Assembly (NCBI GenBank): GCA_023898465.1
Contig: CP060223.1
Coordinates: forward strand, 256,001 to 320,000
Reading direction: 5' to 3'
Length of the DNA stretch: 64,000 nt
From: Candidatus Nomurabacteria bacterium
Lineage (GTDB): Bacteria; Patescibacteriota; Patescibacteriia; HK-STAS-PATE-3
The notes below the pieces were generated by a model that saw only the letters and a list, made by a program, of their open reading frames with translations, searched no databases and was not told the origin of the DNA. A program made the translations under genes and the position numbers. Positions 47,295 to 58,147 of this stretch are shown piece after piece. Within the stretch, counting starts at the first letter, position 1. Every line of letters starts with the position of its first letter.

Positions 47295-47358
47295 ATTCGC
47301 CGTTTGAGCAGCCCCGCCTACGCTAAAAGCTTTGGCGGGGAACTGAGACGAGGAACCT

Positions 47359-47715
47359 ATGTCACAACAACGTATACCAGCCCCGCAATTTAATAACCCG
47401 CTCCTGCGGATGAATGGTCGCTGTCCGGTCTGCAATAGTTTGTACGACGTTCAGCAGCTGCGCATCCTGGCTGAAAAAGAGCAGTCTATCCTGGCGCACC
47501 TCGAGTGCAGCAACTGCTCAACCGCGGTGCTGTCTTATCTGCAGTTGAGCGGCATGGGCTTATCCAATCACGCATTGATTACGGATTTAACTCCGGATGA
47601 GGTGCACGATCGGATGGGAAGCTCGCCGCCTATTTCCAGCGATGACATCATTCTCTTCCACAGCTATCTGGAGAATGAGGTCAAGGCGACTGATCTCTAC
47701 AGTGAAGATAGCTAA
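47359..47715 (+). CDS. Hypothetical Zn-ribbon protein inside the heat-shock operon
   Basis: CPVCNS...CSNCST; 118 aa. Confidence 0.45.
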   Translation: MSQQRIPAPQFNNPLLRMNGRCPVCNSLYDVQQLRILAEKEQSILAHLECSNCSTAVLSYLQLSGMGLSNHALITDLTPDEVHDRMGSSPPISSDDIILFHSYLENEVKATDLYSEDS

Positions 47716-47751
47716 CACTTATTTGTAAATCTCTTTAATCTCAACACACCT

Positions 47752-49686
47752 ATGGCAAAAATTCTCGGAATCGATCTCGGTACGACCAACTCAGCAATGG
47801 CTGTAGTGGAGGGTGGTGAACCGAAAATCATTGAAAACAACGAAGGCAATCGCACGACACCTTCTATGGTGGCGATGGCCAAAAACGGCGAGCGCTTAGC
47901 TGGACAGCTGGCCAAGCGACAAGCGGTTACCAATCCAGAAAACACAATTTTCTCGGTCAAGCGTTTAATTGGACGCCACTGGGATGATGCAGAAGTGCAG
48001 CGTGATGTAAAAACCATGCCCTACAAGATTACTCAGGGCGGTGAAGGCGTGAAAGTGAAGCTGGGTGATAAGGAATACACCCCGCAGGAAATTTCCGCCA
48101 TGATCCTGCAGAAGTTAAAGGCAGACGCTGAGGAGCGCTTGGGCGAAAAAATCACTGAAGCGGTCATTACGGTTCCAGCCTACTTTGATGACAGTCAGCG
48201 CCAAGCTACCAAAGACGCGGGTCGCATTGCCGGCTTTGACGTGAAGCGCATTATTAACGAGCCAACTGCTGCAGCCTTGGCCTATGGCTTTAACAAGAAA
48301 AAGGATGAGAAGATCGCCGTGTATGACCTTGGCGGCGGTACTTTTGACATCTCTATTCTCGAAGTGTCAGCTGACACGGTGGAAGTGAAATCCACCAATG
48401 GTGACACGCACTTGGGCGGTGATGACTTTGACCAAGTGATTATTCACTGGATCATTGATGAGTTTAAGAAACTGGAAGGCATTGATCTGTCTAAGGACAC
48501 CCAAGCGCTCCAACGCTTAAAGGATTCAGCAGAAAAAGCCAAGCATGAGCTTTCCACTGCTATGGAAACAGAAATCAGTCAGCCTTTCATCACCACTGAT
48601 GCCAGCGGTCCAAAGCACTTGAGCTTGAAATTGACCCGGGCCAAACTCGAAGGCCTGGTAGGCGAGCTGGTTGAAAAAACCCTGGTGCCGGTCAAGCAGG
48701 CGCTGAAGGATGCCGGCCTAGAAGCCAGCGATATCAATGAAGTCATTATGGTTGGTGGACAGACACGCATGCCTTTGGTGCAAAAAACCGTTGAGCAATT
48801 CTTTGGCAAGAAACCACACCTGGGCGTGAACCCTGACGAAGTGGTCGCCCTCGGTGCTGCAGTGCAGGCCGGCGTGCTCCAAGGTGATGTGAAAGACGTG
48901 CTGCTACTCGACGTCACACCTTTGACCCTTGGCTTAGAAACCCTGGGCGGTGTAGCGACTCCTTTAATCGAGCGTAACACGACTGTGCCGACCTCGAAGT
49001 CGCAAACCTTCTCCACCGCAGCTGATAATCAGACCTCAGTGGAAATCCATGTGCTGCAGGGTGAGCGACCAATGGCCAGCGATAACAAGACCTTAGGCAA
49101 ATTTATCCTCTCTGGTATTCCACCAGCTCCTCGAGGTGTGCCGCAGGTTGAAGTGACCTTTGATATTGACGCCAATGGTATCCTGAACGTGAAGGCAAAA
49201 GATAAGGCCTCGGGCAAAGAGCAGTCGATTACCATTACTGCTTCCACGCAGCTCTCCAAAGATGAAATTGAGCGCATGCGTACCGAAGCTGAGTCACATG
49301 CGGAAGAGGATAAGAAAAAGCGCGAGTCAATTGAGCTGAAGAACCAGGCTGAAACCCTTATCTACACGGCTGAGAAAGCGCTCAAAGACGCTGGCGATAA
49401 AGTTACTGATGATGTGAAAAAAGAAGTGCAAGAGAAGATTGATGCCCTGAAGAAGGCGCAAGAAAGTGATGACGCCGCGCAAATCCAGCCAGCCCTTGAT
49501 GTGCTCAATCAAAGCATGCAAAAAATCGGCCAAGCCATGTACGGCCAGCAGCAGCCAGGTCAGCCCGGCGCTGAACAAGCTGGTCAAGATGCTGGAGCAG
49601 CCGGTCAGGCCTCTGAAGAACCCAAAACTGATAACGCCAAAGATAGCGATACGGTAGAGGGGAACTACGAGGAAGTAAAAAAATAA
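47752..49686 (+). CDS. dnaK: Molecular chaperone DnaK (Hsp70)
   Basis: [26 protein letters not shown] signatures; 644 aa. Confidence 0.95.
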   Translation: MAKILGIDLGTTNSAMAVVEGGEPKIIENNEGNRTTPSMVAMAKNGERLAGQLAKRQAVTNPENTIFSVKRLIGRHWDDAEVQRDVKTMPYKITQGGEGVKVKLGDKEYTPQEISAMILQKLKADAEERLGEKITEAVITVPAYFDDSQRQATKDAGRIAGFDVKRIINEPTAAALAYGFNKKKDEKIAVYDLGGGTFDISILEVSADTVEVKSTNGDTHLGGDDFDQVIIHWIIDEFKKLEGIDLSKDTQALQRLKDSAEKAKHELSTAMETEISQPFITTDASGPKHLSLKLTRAKLEGLVGELVEKTLVPVKQALKDAGLEASDINEVIMVGGQTRMPLVQKTVEQFFGKKPHLGVNPDEVVALGAAVQAGVLQGDVKDVLLLDVTPLTLGLETLGGVATPLIERNTTVPTSKSQTFSTAADNQTSVEIHVLQGERPMASDNKTLGKFILSGIPPAPRGVPQVEVTFDIDANGILNVKAKDKASGKEQSITITASTQLSKDEIERMRTEAESHAEEDKKKRESIELKNQAETLIYTAEKALKDAGDKVTDDVKKEVQEKIDALKKAQESDDAAQIQPALDVLNQSMQKIGQAMYGQQQPGQPGAEQAGQDAGAAGQASEEPKTDNAKDSDTVEGNYEEVKK

Positions 49687-49755
49687 GCGCACTAACCCCG
49701 CCGTGTCTGCAAAGGCACGGCGGGATCGCAAATAATCTTCATAACTAGGAATACT

Positions 49756-50085
49756 ATGGCCAACAATTACAATATGCCCCCACAACAACAACGCCCGCAG
49801 ATTCAGATTAAGATTGCTGATGAGCAATTAAAAGGTGCTTACACCAACTCGGTGGCAGTTTTTCACTCCAAAGAGGAGTTTGTGCTTGATTTCATGAACG
49901 TGTATCCACCGCAAGGCATGGGCACGGTTGTCAGTCGCGTGATCACCAGCCCGGGACACATGAAGCGCCTCCTGGCAGCTCTGCAGGACAATATTGCCAA
50001 ATATGAGAAGCAACATGGTAAAATAGAAGAGGCAAAAACGCCTGACGCATCATTTGGCTTTAATACCGAAGAAAAGGATAAATAA
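49756..50085 (+). CDS. DUF3467-like small protein
   Basis: Q-rich N-terminus then NSVAVFHSKEEFVLDF, as in DUF3467 proteins often found near chaperone genes. Confidence 0.5.
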   Translation: MANNYNMPPQQQRPQIQIKIADEQLKGAYTNSVAVFHSKEEFVLDFMNVYPPQGMGTVVSRVITSPGHMKRLLAALQDNIAKYEKQHGKIEEAKTPDASFGFNTEEKDK

Positions 50086-50337
50086 ATGGAAGAAGATAGT
50101 GAAAATAAATTAGTAAGCTGGAAAATAAAATTTATTTTTGGAGCCGTGATCGTGTCACTTTTTGCGGTTGAGGTAGGTGCTTTGTATGAACATGCGCCGA
50201 TGAATGATCATACAGGACCATGTAAGGTTATTGATTGCCATCAGGATCATACTGAAGAGTCTATATTTAACGGGGCAGTAAGTGGTATTTCTCCGTCAGG
50301 AACCATGGATTATACTGACCTTAACATTCCAAGCTAG
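50086..50337 (+). CDS. Small membrane-anchored protein with His/Cys-rich ectodomain (hypothetical)
   Basis: TAAATG junction with the previous gene; one TM; HxxxxxCxxxDCHQDH. Confidence 0.35.
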   Translation: MEEDSENKLVSWKIKFIFGAVIVSLFAVEVGALYEHAPMNDHTGPCKVIDCHQDHTEESIFNGAVSGISPSGTMDYTDLNIPS

Positions 50338-50351
50338 TAGTTATAGTTATT

Positions 50352-51419
50352 ATGGCCTCGAAGCAAAACAAAAAAAAGAAAGAAGAGCCAGTCGCGCCTT
50401 TGCAATACCATCAGCGTAATCGTTTGATAGGGATATACGCCTTTGCGATTCTTGCTTGGGCAGGCTTTTGGTGGCTCATCCGGACGGCCTTTGCTGCAGA
50501 GATGCTACTTAGCGCAGAAACGCTTTGGCTCGTCAGTGGTGCTTTTGTGCTGTTTGGGCTTTCCCTTGGACTCTTTGGCTTGATGGCGGCAGTTGTTCGC
50601 ATACCGCGTTGGGGCGTTCTCTATGCCGCCGGAGCTGGGCTATTGCCGATCGCGTTTTTCCCTTTGAACCTTTTTACTTTGGCCGGAGCTTTACTGCTCA
50701 TGGCAGTGTGGTTTCGCTATTGGGCCATGGTAACGGAGGAGTCTGAGCATCGCATTCGCTTCAATCTAGTAAAAAGTGTTACCCACGGACTTGGTACGAT
50801 AATTTACCTGACCGTATTAAGTGTGGCCGTGTTTTATCTGGCCGTGACCAGTCAGTCGAATCAAACAAGCACGACATTTATTGATAACGTAACAAACTCC
50901 GCCTCTGATGCCGTCTTAGCAGTGCTGGATAATCAGCTGCCGGAATTTGATGCACAAATGACTTTGGATGCATTTATTACGCAGTATAGCGACCAGGATA
51001 TCACCGCCCTTTTACCTGAAAACTTTTTACCGGAAGACGTAAATAAATCCTTATTGGAAGAAAACACGCAGCAGAATATTGAAAACCTGGACGAAACCGC
51101 GCGGCAAGCAGCTATTGAAGAAGCGCGTACGCAGTTATTGCAAGCCTTGAATATTCACGCTGAGGGTAGTGACAGTATGGAAACGGTGGTGCGTCGCTTA
51201 GTGGAAGATAAACTGCAGCCGTTACTTGAGCGTTATGATACTGTTATCCCGCCAGTGCTCGCCTTAGCACTTTTCTCAGTCCTTTCCATCCTGGGCCTGG
51301 TGTATTTCTGGTGGATCGTGTTGTGGGCTTTCATTTGCTATGGTATCCTGCGAATTCTTCGCTGGGTGGAATTTGTTGAACATACGCAGACCGTCACCCG
51401 CGCGGAAATAAAGAACTGA
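50352..51419 (+). CDS. Hypothetical polytopic membrane protein
   Basis: 355 aa, about 5 TM flanking a long acidic loop; no family recognised. Confidence 0.45.
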   Translation: MASKQNKKKKEEPVAPLQYHQRNRLIGIYAFAILAWAGFWWLIRTAFAAEMLLSAETLWLVSGAFVLFGLSLGLFGLMAAVVRIPRWGVLYAAGAGLLPIAFFPLNLFTLAGALLLMAVWFRYWAMVTEESEHRIRFNLVKSVTHGLGTIIYLTVLSVAVFYLAVTSQSNQTSTTFIDNVTNSASDAVLAVLDNQLPEFDAQMTLDAFITQYSDQDITALLPENFLPEDVNKSLLEENTQQNIENLDETARQAAIEEARTQLLQALNIHAEGSDSMETVVRRLVEDKLQPLLERYDTVIPPVLALALFSVLSILGLVYFWWIVLWAFICYGILRILRWVEFVEHTQTVTRAEIKN

Positions 51420-51423
51420 AGCT

Positions 51424-52530
51424 ATGGCTAGAGATTATTACGAAATCCTCGGCGTCAGCCGCAACGCCTCGCAGGATGATATTAAAAAAGCATATCGCAA
51501 ATTAGCGCATCAACACCACCCAGATAAAAAGGGCGGGGATGAGGCAAAGTTTAAAGAGGTAAACGAGGCCTACCAGGTATTAGGCAACGCGGACAAACGG
51601 GCCAAGTACGATCAATTTGGCAGTGCTGTGTTCCAAGGTGGCGGAGCAGGCCCGGGCGGCGCCCAGTGGTCTGATTTCGCGCGCGGTGGTGGTTTCGGCG
51701 GCGGACAAGCCTATGGCAATGTTGATTTTGGTGACCTGGGAGATATTTTTGGCGACATTTTTGGTTTTGGTGGGCAGCGAGGCGGCCGCGGGAGTCGTCA
51801 GCAGCGCGGGAATGACGTGGAAACTGAAGTCCATATCTCCTTGAAAGACGCTGCTTTTGGTGTAAGTAAGTCTTTAGAGCTGACACAAGATTTGCCTTGC
51901 AGCACCTGTAAAGGAAACGGCGCTAAGCCAGGCTCAAAAGTGGATACCTGCTCGACCTGCGGAGGCAGCGGGCAAGTCGCTCAAGTGCGTAACACCTTAT
52001 TCGGTGCTATGCAGACCGTGGGTGCCTGTCCAAATTGCCAGGGCGAGGGGACTATCGTGAAAGAAGCCTGTACCACCTGCCGAGGCAGTGGAGTTGAGCG
52101 ACGGAAGCGCACACTAAAAGTACAGATCCCGGCCGGAATCGCTGATGGGCAGAGTATACGTTTGAACGGCGAAGGACAGGCAGGCAAGCGGGGAGTCGCA
52201 CCTGGAGATTTATATGTCCGAGTACGCGTTGATATGGATGCGAGTTTCGAGCGACAAGGCGATGATCTCTACATGCGCGTTCCCGTGTCGGTTTCCCAAG
52301 CTGCCTTAGGCGATAGCATTCAGATTGCCACCATCGATGGAGAAGTGAAGCTTGATATCCCGTCCGGTACGCAGCCAAATAGCAAGATACGCCTGAAGGG
52401 TAAGGGTATGACTCATCTGCGCTCCCGCGGCCGCGGCGATCTTTACGTTGTGGTGAAAGTGGAGATTCCAAAGAAGCTGAGCAAGGAAGCGAAAAAGGCG
52501 CTGGAGGTGTTGCGCGGCGAGGGGGTTTAG
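51424..52530 (+). CDS. dnaJ: Molecular chaperone DnaJ
   Basis: J-domain HPD, Gly/Phe-rich linker, four CxxCxGxG zinc-finger repeats. Confidence 0.93.
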   Translation: MARDYYEILGVSRNASQDDIKKAYRKLAHQHHPDKKGGDEAKFKEVNEAYQVLGNADKRAKYDQFGSAVFQGGGAGPGGAQWSDFARGGGFGGGQAYGNVDFGDLGDIFGDIFGFGGQRGGRGSRQQRGNDVETEVHISLKDAAFGVSKSLELTQDLPCSTCKGNGAKPGSKVDTCSTCGGSGQVAQVRNTLFGAMQTVGACPNCQGEGTIVKEACTTCRGSGVERRKRTLKVQIPAGIADGQSIRLNGEGQAGKRGVAPGDLYVRVRVDMDASFERQGDDLYMRVPVSVSQAALGDSIQIATIDGEVKLDIPSGTQPNSKIRLKGKGMTHLRSRGRGDLYVVVKVEIPKKLSKEAKKALEVLRGEGV

Positions 52531-52537
52531 TTTCATA

Positions 52538-52570
52538 GACAAGGCGTCCCGGCCTTGTCGTAGTTTTTTG
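52538..52570 (+). terminator. Rho-independent terminator after dnaJ
   Basis: 8-bp stem GACAAGGC/GCCTTGTC with 6-nt loop, followed by a T-run. Confidence 0.65.
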
Positions 52571-52757
52571 TTATTCCATCCCGCCCTCACCGTGTTGTTA
52601 TAAGTAACTGCTCAAAGTACCACCTTTGAGCAGTAGTAGCGCTCCTCCCTGAACGTGGTAGTTCATGGAGTTGGGTAGTTCTTGCGTGAAGGTATGCGCT
52701 CTGCTACCATACGGGCGTTTTCACGTTCCTTAGGAGTGAATCAAGAGGAGGGAGCAC

Positions 52758-53081
52758 ATGTCCTGCACTTTTACCTTTCCCGTACCCAAGGGCGTCACGG
52801 AGTTTCGGATCACCACACCCAATTCTGAGAAACTGGCCGGCACCGGACCTCGCTGGGTGGAGGTCAAGGAAGGCTGGACCAGATCCTACAAGCCGATCGA
52901 GGGTGGGCCTGGTACCATCAGAGTGACCAAGGTTGGTCAGGTGCGAGGCGGACACCGTATGGTGACCGTCGAGCTGGTCGACATGACCGCCACCTACGAG
53001 GCGGTGCTGCACTGCAAGCCGGCACCGAGCCAGGCAGTGCAGGAGGCCAGACAGGAGGTCCCGGTCGCCCAAGCATCCTAG
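52758..53081 (+). CDS. Hypothetical small protein in a high-GC (about 63%) islet
   Basis: RBS GAGGAGGGAG 6 nt upstream; terminator hairpin at 53104-53137; no family recognised. Confidence 0.5.
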   Translation: MSCTFTFPVPKGVTEFRITTPNSEKLAGTGPRWVEVKEGWTRSYKPIEGGPGTIRVTKVGQVRGGHRMVTVELVDMTATYEAVLHCKPAPSQAVQEARQEVPVAQAS

Positions 53082-53199
53082 CTTCTCGACGCGCATAGTC
53101 CACAACGGCCTAGTATTGCACTGGGCCGTTTTCTTTTACGCGTTCATTGCAGCAGATTCGCGATTGTGGTATAATGCAAATAGATAAACACATACACAC

Positions 53200-53745
53200 A
53201 TGGGGGAAGCACAACAATTTGTCGCAAATATTGACTGGGCCACGCCTACTTGGGATTTATTCATCATCCTCTTCTTTGTGGTGGCTGGTTTGCTCTATGG
53301 TTTGAGTCTTGGTCGCGATCGCATTGTGGTTATCTTGGTGTCGATTTATATGGCTATGGCAGTGGCAACTACCGCGCCCTATATTGGCGAGTTAAATGCG
53401 CAAATCGGCATTCAGAATGTGTTTGTGTTCCAAATCTCCGCCTTCCTCGTTGCCTTTATTGCGCTTTTTCTGCTCTTGTCGCGCTCAGCCTTGCTCAAAA
53501 CAATTGCTGTTGGTGATGCGCAAGGCAGCTGGTGGCAGGTGCTGGTCTTCAGCATTCTCCATGTTGGCTTATTGGTGAGCATTACTTTGTCCTTTTTGCC
53601 GCCTGAAGCAGCTGAGGGTCTGTCACCACTCACACGTCAAATGTTTGCCTCCGAGGGCGCTCGCTTTGGCTGGATTATTGCGCCGATTATCTTAATGGTG
53701 CTCTTGCGCACGGATAACAAAAAGAAGTTTAAGTACGATATGTAG
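53200..53745 (+). CDS. Hypothetical polytopic membrane protein
   Basis: 181 aa, 5 TM, no motifs. Confidence 0.45.
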   Translation: MGEAQQFVANIDWATPTWDLFIILFFVVAGLLYGLSLGRDRIVVILVSIYMAMAVATTAPYIGELNAQIGIQNVFVFQISAFLVAFIALFLLLSRSALLKTIAVGDAQGSWWQVLVFSILHVGLLVSITLSFLPPEAAEGLSPLTRQMFASEGARFGWIIAPIILMVLLRTDNKKKFKYDM

Positions 53746-53829
53746 GAGAAATTCGAAATACTAATTTCGAAAATCAAAACAAATACTAAATCCGAATAAT
53801 ACAGAAGGAGGAATTGAGTCCCTAGAAAT

Positions 53830-54828
53830 TTATTTTTCCACTGCTGTGACCTCCTGCGGGAGGATTTTTTCTATTTGCTCAACTGATTCCACTTGTACGA
53901 GTTTTTGACGCAAGGCAGAGGCGCCTTCGATTCCGCGGATGTACCAGGTGAGATGCTTGCGAATTTCAAACATGCCGCGGCGTCCTTTTCGTTCATAGAG
54001 TAGTTCAGCATGTCGGAGCATGAGCGCGCGGATTTCCGGCCAGCTGATTGGATCGTAGGATCCACTTTCTAAATACTGACGCGTTTGACGGAAAATCCAC
54101 GCCTGTCCCTGGCTGCCACGGGCAATACCCACTCCATCAGCACCAGTTTGCTCGAGCATGCGTTTTGTATCCTCAGGTGTTTTAATACCCCCGTTCGCGA
54201 GTACTAATCCTTTGAAACGCTGCTTCACTGCTTGAATCATTTCAGTGTCTACTTCGCCACTATGACCCATTTCATATGAACGTCCGTGGATCATGATAGT
54301 GCTGACCGGGAGATCTTCAATTGCCTCGACGAGATCTAGGGCAGTATAACGCTCTTGGCATCCCGGGTCTTCTTCCTTACTTCGCTTGCGTATACTCGAA
54401 CGCACTTTAATAGAGAGGGGGATGGATACGCTGCCTAAAACAGATTCAATAAGCGCACGACAATAGGCTGGTTTGCGAAGCAGTGCCGCGCCAGAGCCGT
54501 GGCCCACCACCTTACGAGCCGGGCAGCCAAAGTTAATATCAATGCCGGAAAATCCGCGCGCCTCCACCTCTTTAGCTGCTTTTGCAAAAGCCTCGATGTC
54601 GTGTCCAAAGATTTGACAGACCACCGGTTGCTCAGCCGGATCAAAATCCATTTTCGCCAAAGCGGTGCGACCGCGATGTGCGATTGCGTCAGAAGAAATA
54701 AATTCGGTATATGCAACGGCAGCTCCTTGTTCGCGACAAAGCTGACGAAATGCCGAATCAGTCACGCCCTCCATGGGTGCCAGGGCGATAATCGGCTGCT
54801 TGAGTTGTGTCCAAAAGTTAGTAGCCAT
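53830..54828 (-). CDS. dus: tRNA-dihydrouridine synthase
   Basis: ALAPMEGVTDSAFRQLCR FMN-binding start; catalytic Cys region INFGCPARKV. Confidence 0.88.
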   Translation of the reverse strand: MATNFWTQLKQPIIALAPMEGVTDSAFRQLCREQGAAVAYTEFISSDAIAHRGRTALAKMDFDPAEQPVVCQIFGHDIEAFAKAAKEVEARGFSGIDINFGCPARKVVGHGSGAALLRKPAYCRALIESVLGSVSIPLSIKVRSSIRKRSKEEDPGCQERYTALDLVEAIEDLPVSTIMIHGRSYEMGHSGEVDTEMIQAVKQRFKGLVLANGGIKTPEDTKRMLEQTGADGVGIARGSQGQAWIFRQTRQYLESGSYDPISWPEIRALMLRHAELLYERKGRRGMFEIRKHLTWYIRGIEGASALRQKLVQVESVEQIEKILPQEVTAVEK

Positions 54829-54949
54829 ACGCAGATGCCCACTTTTCCTACCACGTTTTTGCTCTGCCGGTCAATACAAAGCGTGTGTGTCATTGACTTT
54901 TCGCTTGAGGCGAGTTAGCGTTTTGTTAGACCTTTACAGGGAGGGAAGT

Positions 54950-55216
54950 ATGGCTTCACTGCAGGTTTTTGTGCAAGAGGGCTCCAGGAAGCTCGTGCCT
55001 TTGGAAATCGTACTGGACGGAGGGCGTTTGACCTTCCGGGTGATTACCTCGCTCGGAGAAATGGGGGATACTGAGGCGCGCAGTGTGCTTGCCTCCTTGG
55101 TGGAGACCTGCCAAGGCGAGGGCTTGGCGTATACTCCAGAGTGCATTCGGGATGGAGATCGGCATGTGATCGACATGCTCTTTTTTACCCTGAATGCAAA
55201 GCCCACCACCTCGTGA
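54950..55216 (+). CDS. Hypothetical small protein
   Basis: RBS GGGAGGGAAG before ATG at 54950; 88 aa; no family. Confidence 0.4.
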   Translation: MASLQVFVQEGSRKLVPLEIVLDGGRLTFRVITSLGEMGDTEARSVLASLVETCQGEGLAYTPECIRDGDRHVIDMLFFTLNAKPTTS

Positions 55217-55264
55217 GTGGAGGAGATGATCAGAAACGTCTCGGTTATACCGGGGCGTTTTCCT

Positions 55265-56362
55265 TTAGACGTCGCGTACTCGGAATGACTTCCAGGCCAG
55301 TAAGAAGGACAGGAGAATCCAGCCACCCAGGATGCTGAACTCATAACCGAAGTCACTTATTGGGCTGCCATTTACTGCTACGCCACGTAAGACCTTGAGC
55401 AGTGAAGTGAGTGGCAAGAAGTCAACAATCCGTTCCACAGCTGGTGGTAACATGTCAGGCGAGAAAAAGACGCCAGACAAGAACATCATCGGCGTGGTGA
55501 AAGCATTAGACATTGCCTCAGCAGTATTCACTGTTTTTGCTTGTCCAGCCACAAAGAATCCGATGTTGAGGAAGACGATTGTGCCAATAAGTGTAACCAG
55601 AGTAAGCAGTAACAAGCTGCCGTGAATTTCGACACCAAAGACTAAGCGGGCCACGCTGAGAATTACCGTGATCTGCATTAAAGACAGCACGAGATAAGAT
55701 CCAACCTCAGCCACTAAGAAATTTCGTACCTTAATCGGCGTAGCTAATAAACGCTTGAGGATTTTTCGTTCACGATAGCGCGTAATGCCCACAGCAATAC
55801 CAATGATGGCCGAGAACATGATAGCCATGCCCAGGATGCCCGGGGTAAGGAAATCGAGGTATTTCACATCTTGACCCTGCACACCCTCGGTTGCCACGGT
55901 GAAAATAGGTTGGGCGCCCGCGATTTGCAGATTTACCTTATTTAAAAAGTCATTAAGCACGCTGACGATAATACCGCTCTGCTGATTTGTTTCATCCAGT
56001 ATAACGGTGAAGTTGAGCGGCTCAGTTACTTCATTTTGGGGGACTTGGCCATAGGCGTCTGGGATAACAATAATCCCATCGAGCTCACCATCTTTCATGC
56101 TTTGCACCGCCTCATCCTTATTCGTAATATCGGATTCAGTGAAAATTTCTAAGGAGAACATTTGCTCGCGCAGCATTTGAGAGGATTCAGTTTGTGCCTC
56201 ATCAATCACTGCAATATCAAAGGAGGCTGGAGCATCAAAATTAAATAAGCCAAAAATAACTAGGAAGAGCAGGGGAAAGACCAGCGACCAAAAGAGAGAC
56301 TGCCGGTCGCGAAACAGCATTTTGAGGTTGGAAAGGAAAAGCCTCCAGGTAGGGTTATTCAC
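55265..56362 (-). CDS. ABC-2 type transporter permease
   Basis: 365 aa; N-terminal TM plus large extracytoplasmic loop and 5 C-terminal TM typical of ABC-2 exporters; overlaps the ATPase gene. Confidence 0.8.
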   Translation of the reverse strand: MNNPTWRLFLSNLKMLFRDRQSLFWSLVFPLLFLVIFGLFNFDAPASFDIAVIDEAQTESSQMLREQMFSLEIFTESDITNKDEAVQSMKDGELDGIIVIPDAYGQVPQNEVTEPLNFTVILDETNQQSGIIVSVLNDFLNKVNLQIAGAQPIFTVATEGVQGQDVKYLDFLTPGILGMAIMFSAIIGIAVGITRYRERKILKRLLATPIKVRNFLVAEVGSYLVLSLMQITVILSVARLVFGVEIHGSLLLLTLVTLIGTIVFLNIGFFVAGQAKTVNTAEAMSNAFTTPMMFLSGVFFSPDMLPPAVERIVDFLPLTSLLKVLRGVAVNGSPISDFGYEFSILGGWILLSFLLAWKSFRVRDV

Positions 56363-57320
56363 GGAGTTTGCTCCCGGTTAAGTGCAAGAAGACATCCTCC
56401 AAGGTTGCTCGAGTGACTTCAATATCTTCCAAGTGCATTTGATGCTGCTCAGCCCAACGGATGAGTGGAGGGAGTACGGCTGAGGCGTGAGTTATTTGTA
56501 ATCGGTATGAGTTTGGCTCACCGTTCATTTCAGCTTTGATGACACCTTCCATGTTAGTGAATTCACTCACTTCTACAGCCTGCGGTGTTTTAAAAGCAAG
56601 ATGGGCAGACGCGTCCAGCTGATCAATCAGTGCCTTAGGCGTATCCAAAGCTACAATCTTACCGTGATCTATGACGCCAATACGATCACAAAGCTCCTCA
56701 GCTTCTTCCATATAGTGGGTGGTGAGGACGACGGTCTTGCCTTGTTCCTTAATCTTGCGAATGAATTGCCACATATGCCGACGCGCCTGTGGGTCCAGAC
56801 CAGTGGTCGGCTCATCCAAGAATACAATCTCCGGATCATTCACTAGGCTAACGGCAATTGAGAAACGTTGCTGCTGACCGCCGGATAATTCCTTTACCAG
56901 TGCTTTTCGCTTTTCGTAGAGGTCAACAATCTTCAGTAGCTCCTCAGCATTTTTTTGCTTTGGGTAAAAAGTGCCAAACAGTTTCAAAATTTCTTCCAGT
57001 GACAGGTAATCGTAAAAAGATGATGACTGTAGTTGGATACCAATGCGTTGCTTTACTTTTTCTACCTCGTGATGAGAATCAAAGCCAAGCACCTTGGCTG
57101 AGCCTCGGGTGGGTACTTGCAGGCCTTCAATTATTTCCAGTGTGGTGGTTTTCCCGGCGCCATTAGGACCCAGGAAGCCAAAAATTTCACCTTGGGCCAC
57201 TTGGAAACTAATGCCGTCCACTGCAGTAAGTTTGCCTGAGCCTTTACCCGGGAGAGGAAATTCTTTGACTAGTTCTTGTACTTCGATGACAGACATAAAG
57301 CAAAGGGGAGTGTAGTACAT
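56355..57320 (-). CDS. ABC transporter ATP-binding protein
   Basis: Walker A GPNGAGKTT, signature LSGGQQQRFSIA, Walker B VFLDEPTTGLD. Confidence 0.9.
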   Translation of the reverse strand: MYYTPLCFMSVIEVQELVKEFPLPGKGSGKLTAVDGISFQVAQGEIFGFLGPNGAGKTTTLEIIEGLQVPTRGSAKVLGFDSHHEVEKVKQRIGIQLQSSSFYDYLSLEEILKLFGTFYPKQKNAEELLKIVDLYEKRKALVKELSGGQQQRFSIAVSLVNDPEIVFLDEPTTGLDPQARRHMWQFIRKIKEQGKTVVLTTHYMEEAEELCDRIGVIDHGKIVALDTPKALIDQLDASAHLAFKTPQAVEVSEFTNMEGVIKAEMNGEPNSYRLQITHASAVLPPLIRWAEQHQMHLEDIEVTRATLEDVFLHLTGSKLRE

Positions 57321-57871
57321 TCAAATGTGGGTGTAAAGGGAGCATTTGACATATTTTCATATTGTTTTATCCTTAGTCAGGATCTTTCGAAGAAATCAAT
57401 AGAGATGGCCTAACCCGCTCTTGGGGTTGAAGTCAACGTTGTTGCATTTCTCGGGTCCCTTTGGGACTCATGCAACCGATCGACAAACTGTTCTTCGGAA
57501 CAGGGGTCTGAGCCAAAACCAGTGTCGTGTACGTTGTACGACGTTGCGACTCTGGGGTTGTGGGGCATGCAGTAGAGTTCCGTACAGAAACTCATCGAGT
57601 AAGAAAATCGAGGGTTGAGAAGCCCCACGATCTCGACTAGCATGTACCCTGGACTTCGGTCCGCTGGGTGTTCGTCCCTTCGTGGTATATCGGCCTTCAT
57701 GGTCGAGCGCACATCCATGGCTAAACAATAGAAAGATCCTTTTGACCAGGACCTAGTCCTGTGCTCTCGAGGGGTGACACCACGTGTGCTCACCCCTCTC
57801 TTTCTTGCTTGTTTTCTGCTTCTCGCCTAGACTGACCATAGCTCTTTTGTTTCGTCGATCGAGGAGGGACC

Positions 57872-58051
57872 ATGAGGTTGTTTCTTCTTTGTGTCACCAT
57901 CGTCGCCCTGCCAAGCATGTTTGGCTATGCGGTGCTATGGGCGAGTGCTCGAGGAGCAAAGGCCATCGAGGATGAGCTCCCTGACGACAGGGAAGGGCGG
58001 CGGGCAGCTCATTTGGCCAGATCGCTTGATCCACCTTTTCCTGACTACTAA
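57872..58051 (+). CDS. Small (59 aa) membrane-anchored protein, not in the ORF track
   Basis: RBS GAGGAGGGAC then ATG at 57872; hydrophobic N-terminus; followed by two hairpins, the second a T-tailed terminator (58071-58097). Confidence 0.4.
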   Translation: MRLFLLCVTIVALPSMFGYAVLWASARGAKAIEDELPDDREGRRAAHLARSLDPPFPDY

Positions 58052-58070
58052 GTCAGGTGCATTCCATTGA

Positions 58071-58097
58071 GACGACTTTGCCCGGAGTCGTCTTTTC
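58071..58097 (+). terminator. Rho-independent terminator
   Basis: GACGAC-loop-GTCGTC stem followed by TTTT. Confidence 0.55.
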
Positions 58098-58147
58098 ATA
58101 GCGTCTTTTCGAGAAAATTGCTATAGTGGAAGCTGAATTACGGGGGT

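Noticed and set aside
57410-57793. 127-aa reverse-strand ORF
   Set aside because: No RBS and Arg-rich biased composition. It sits in a structured GC-rich intergenic region better explained as non-coding RNA or a regulatory leader.
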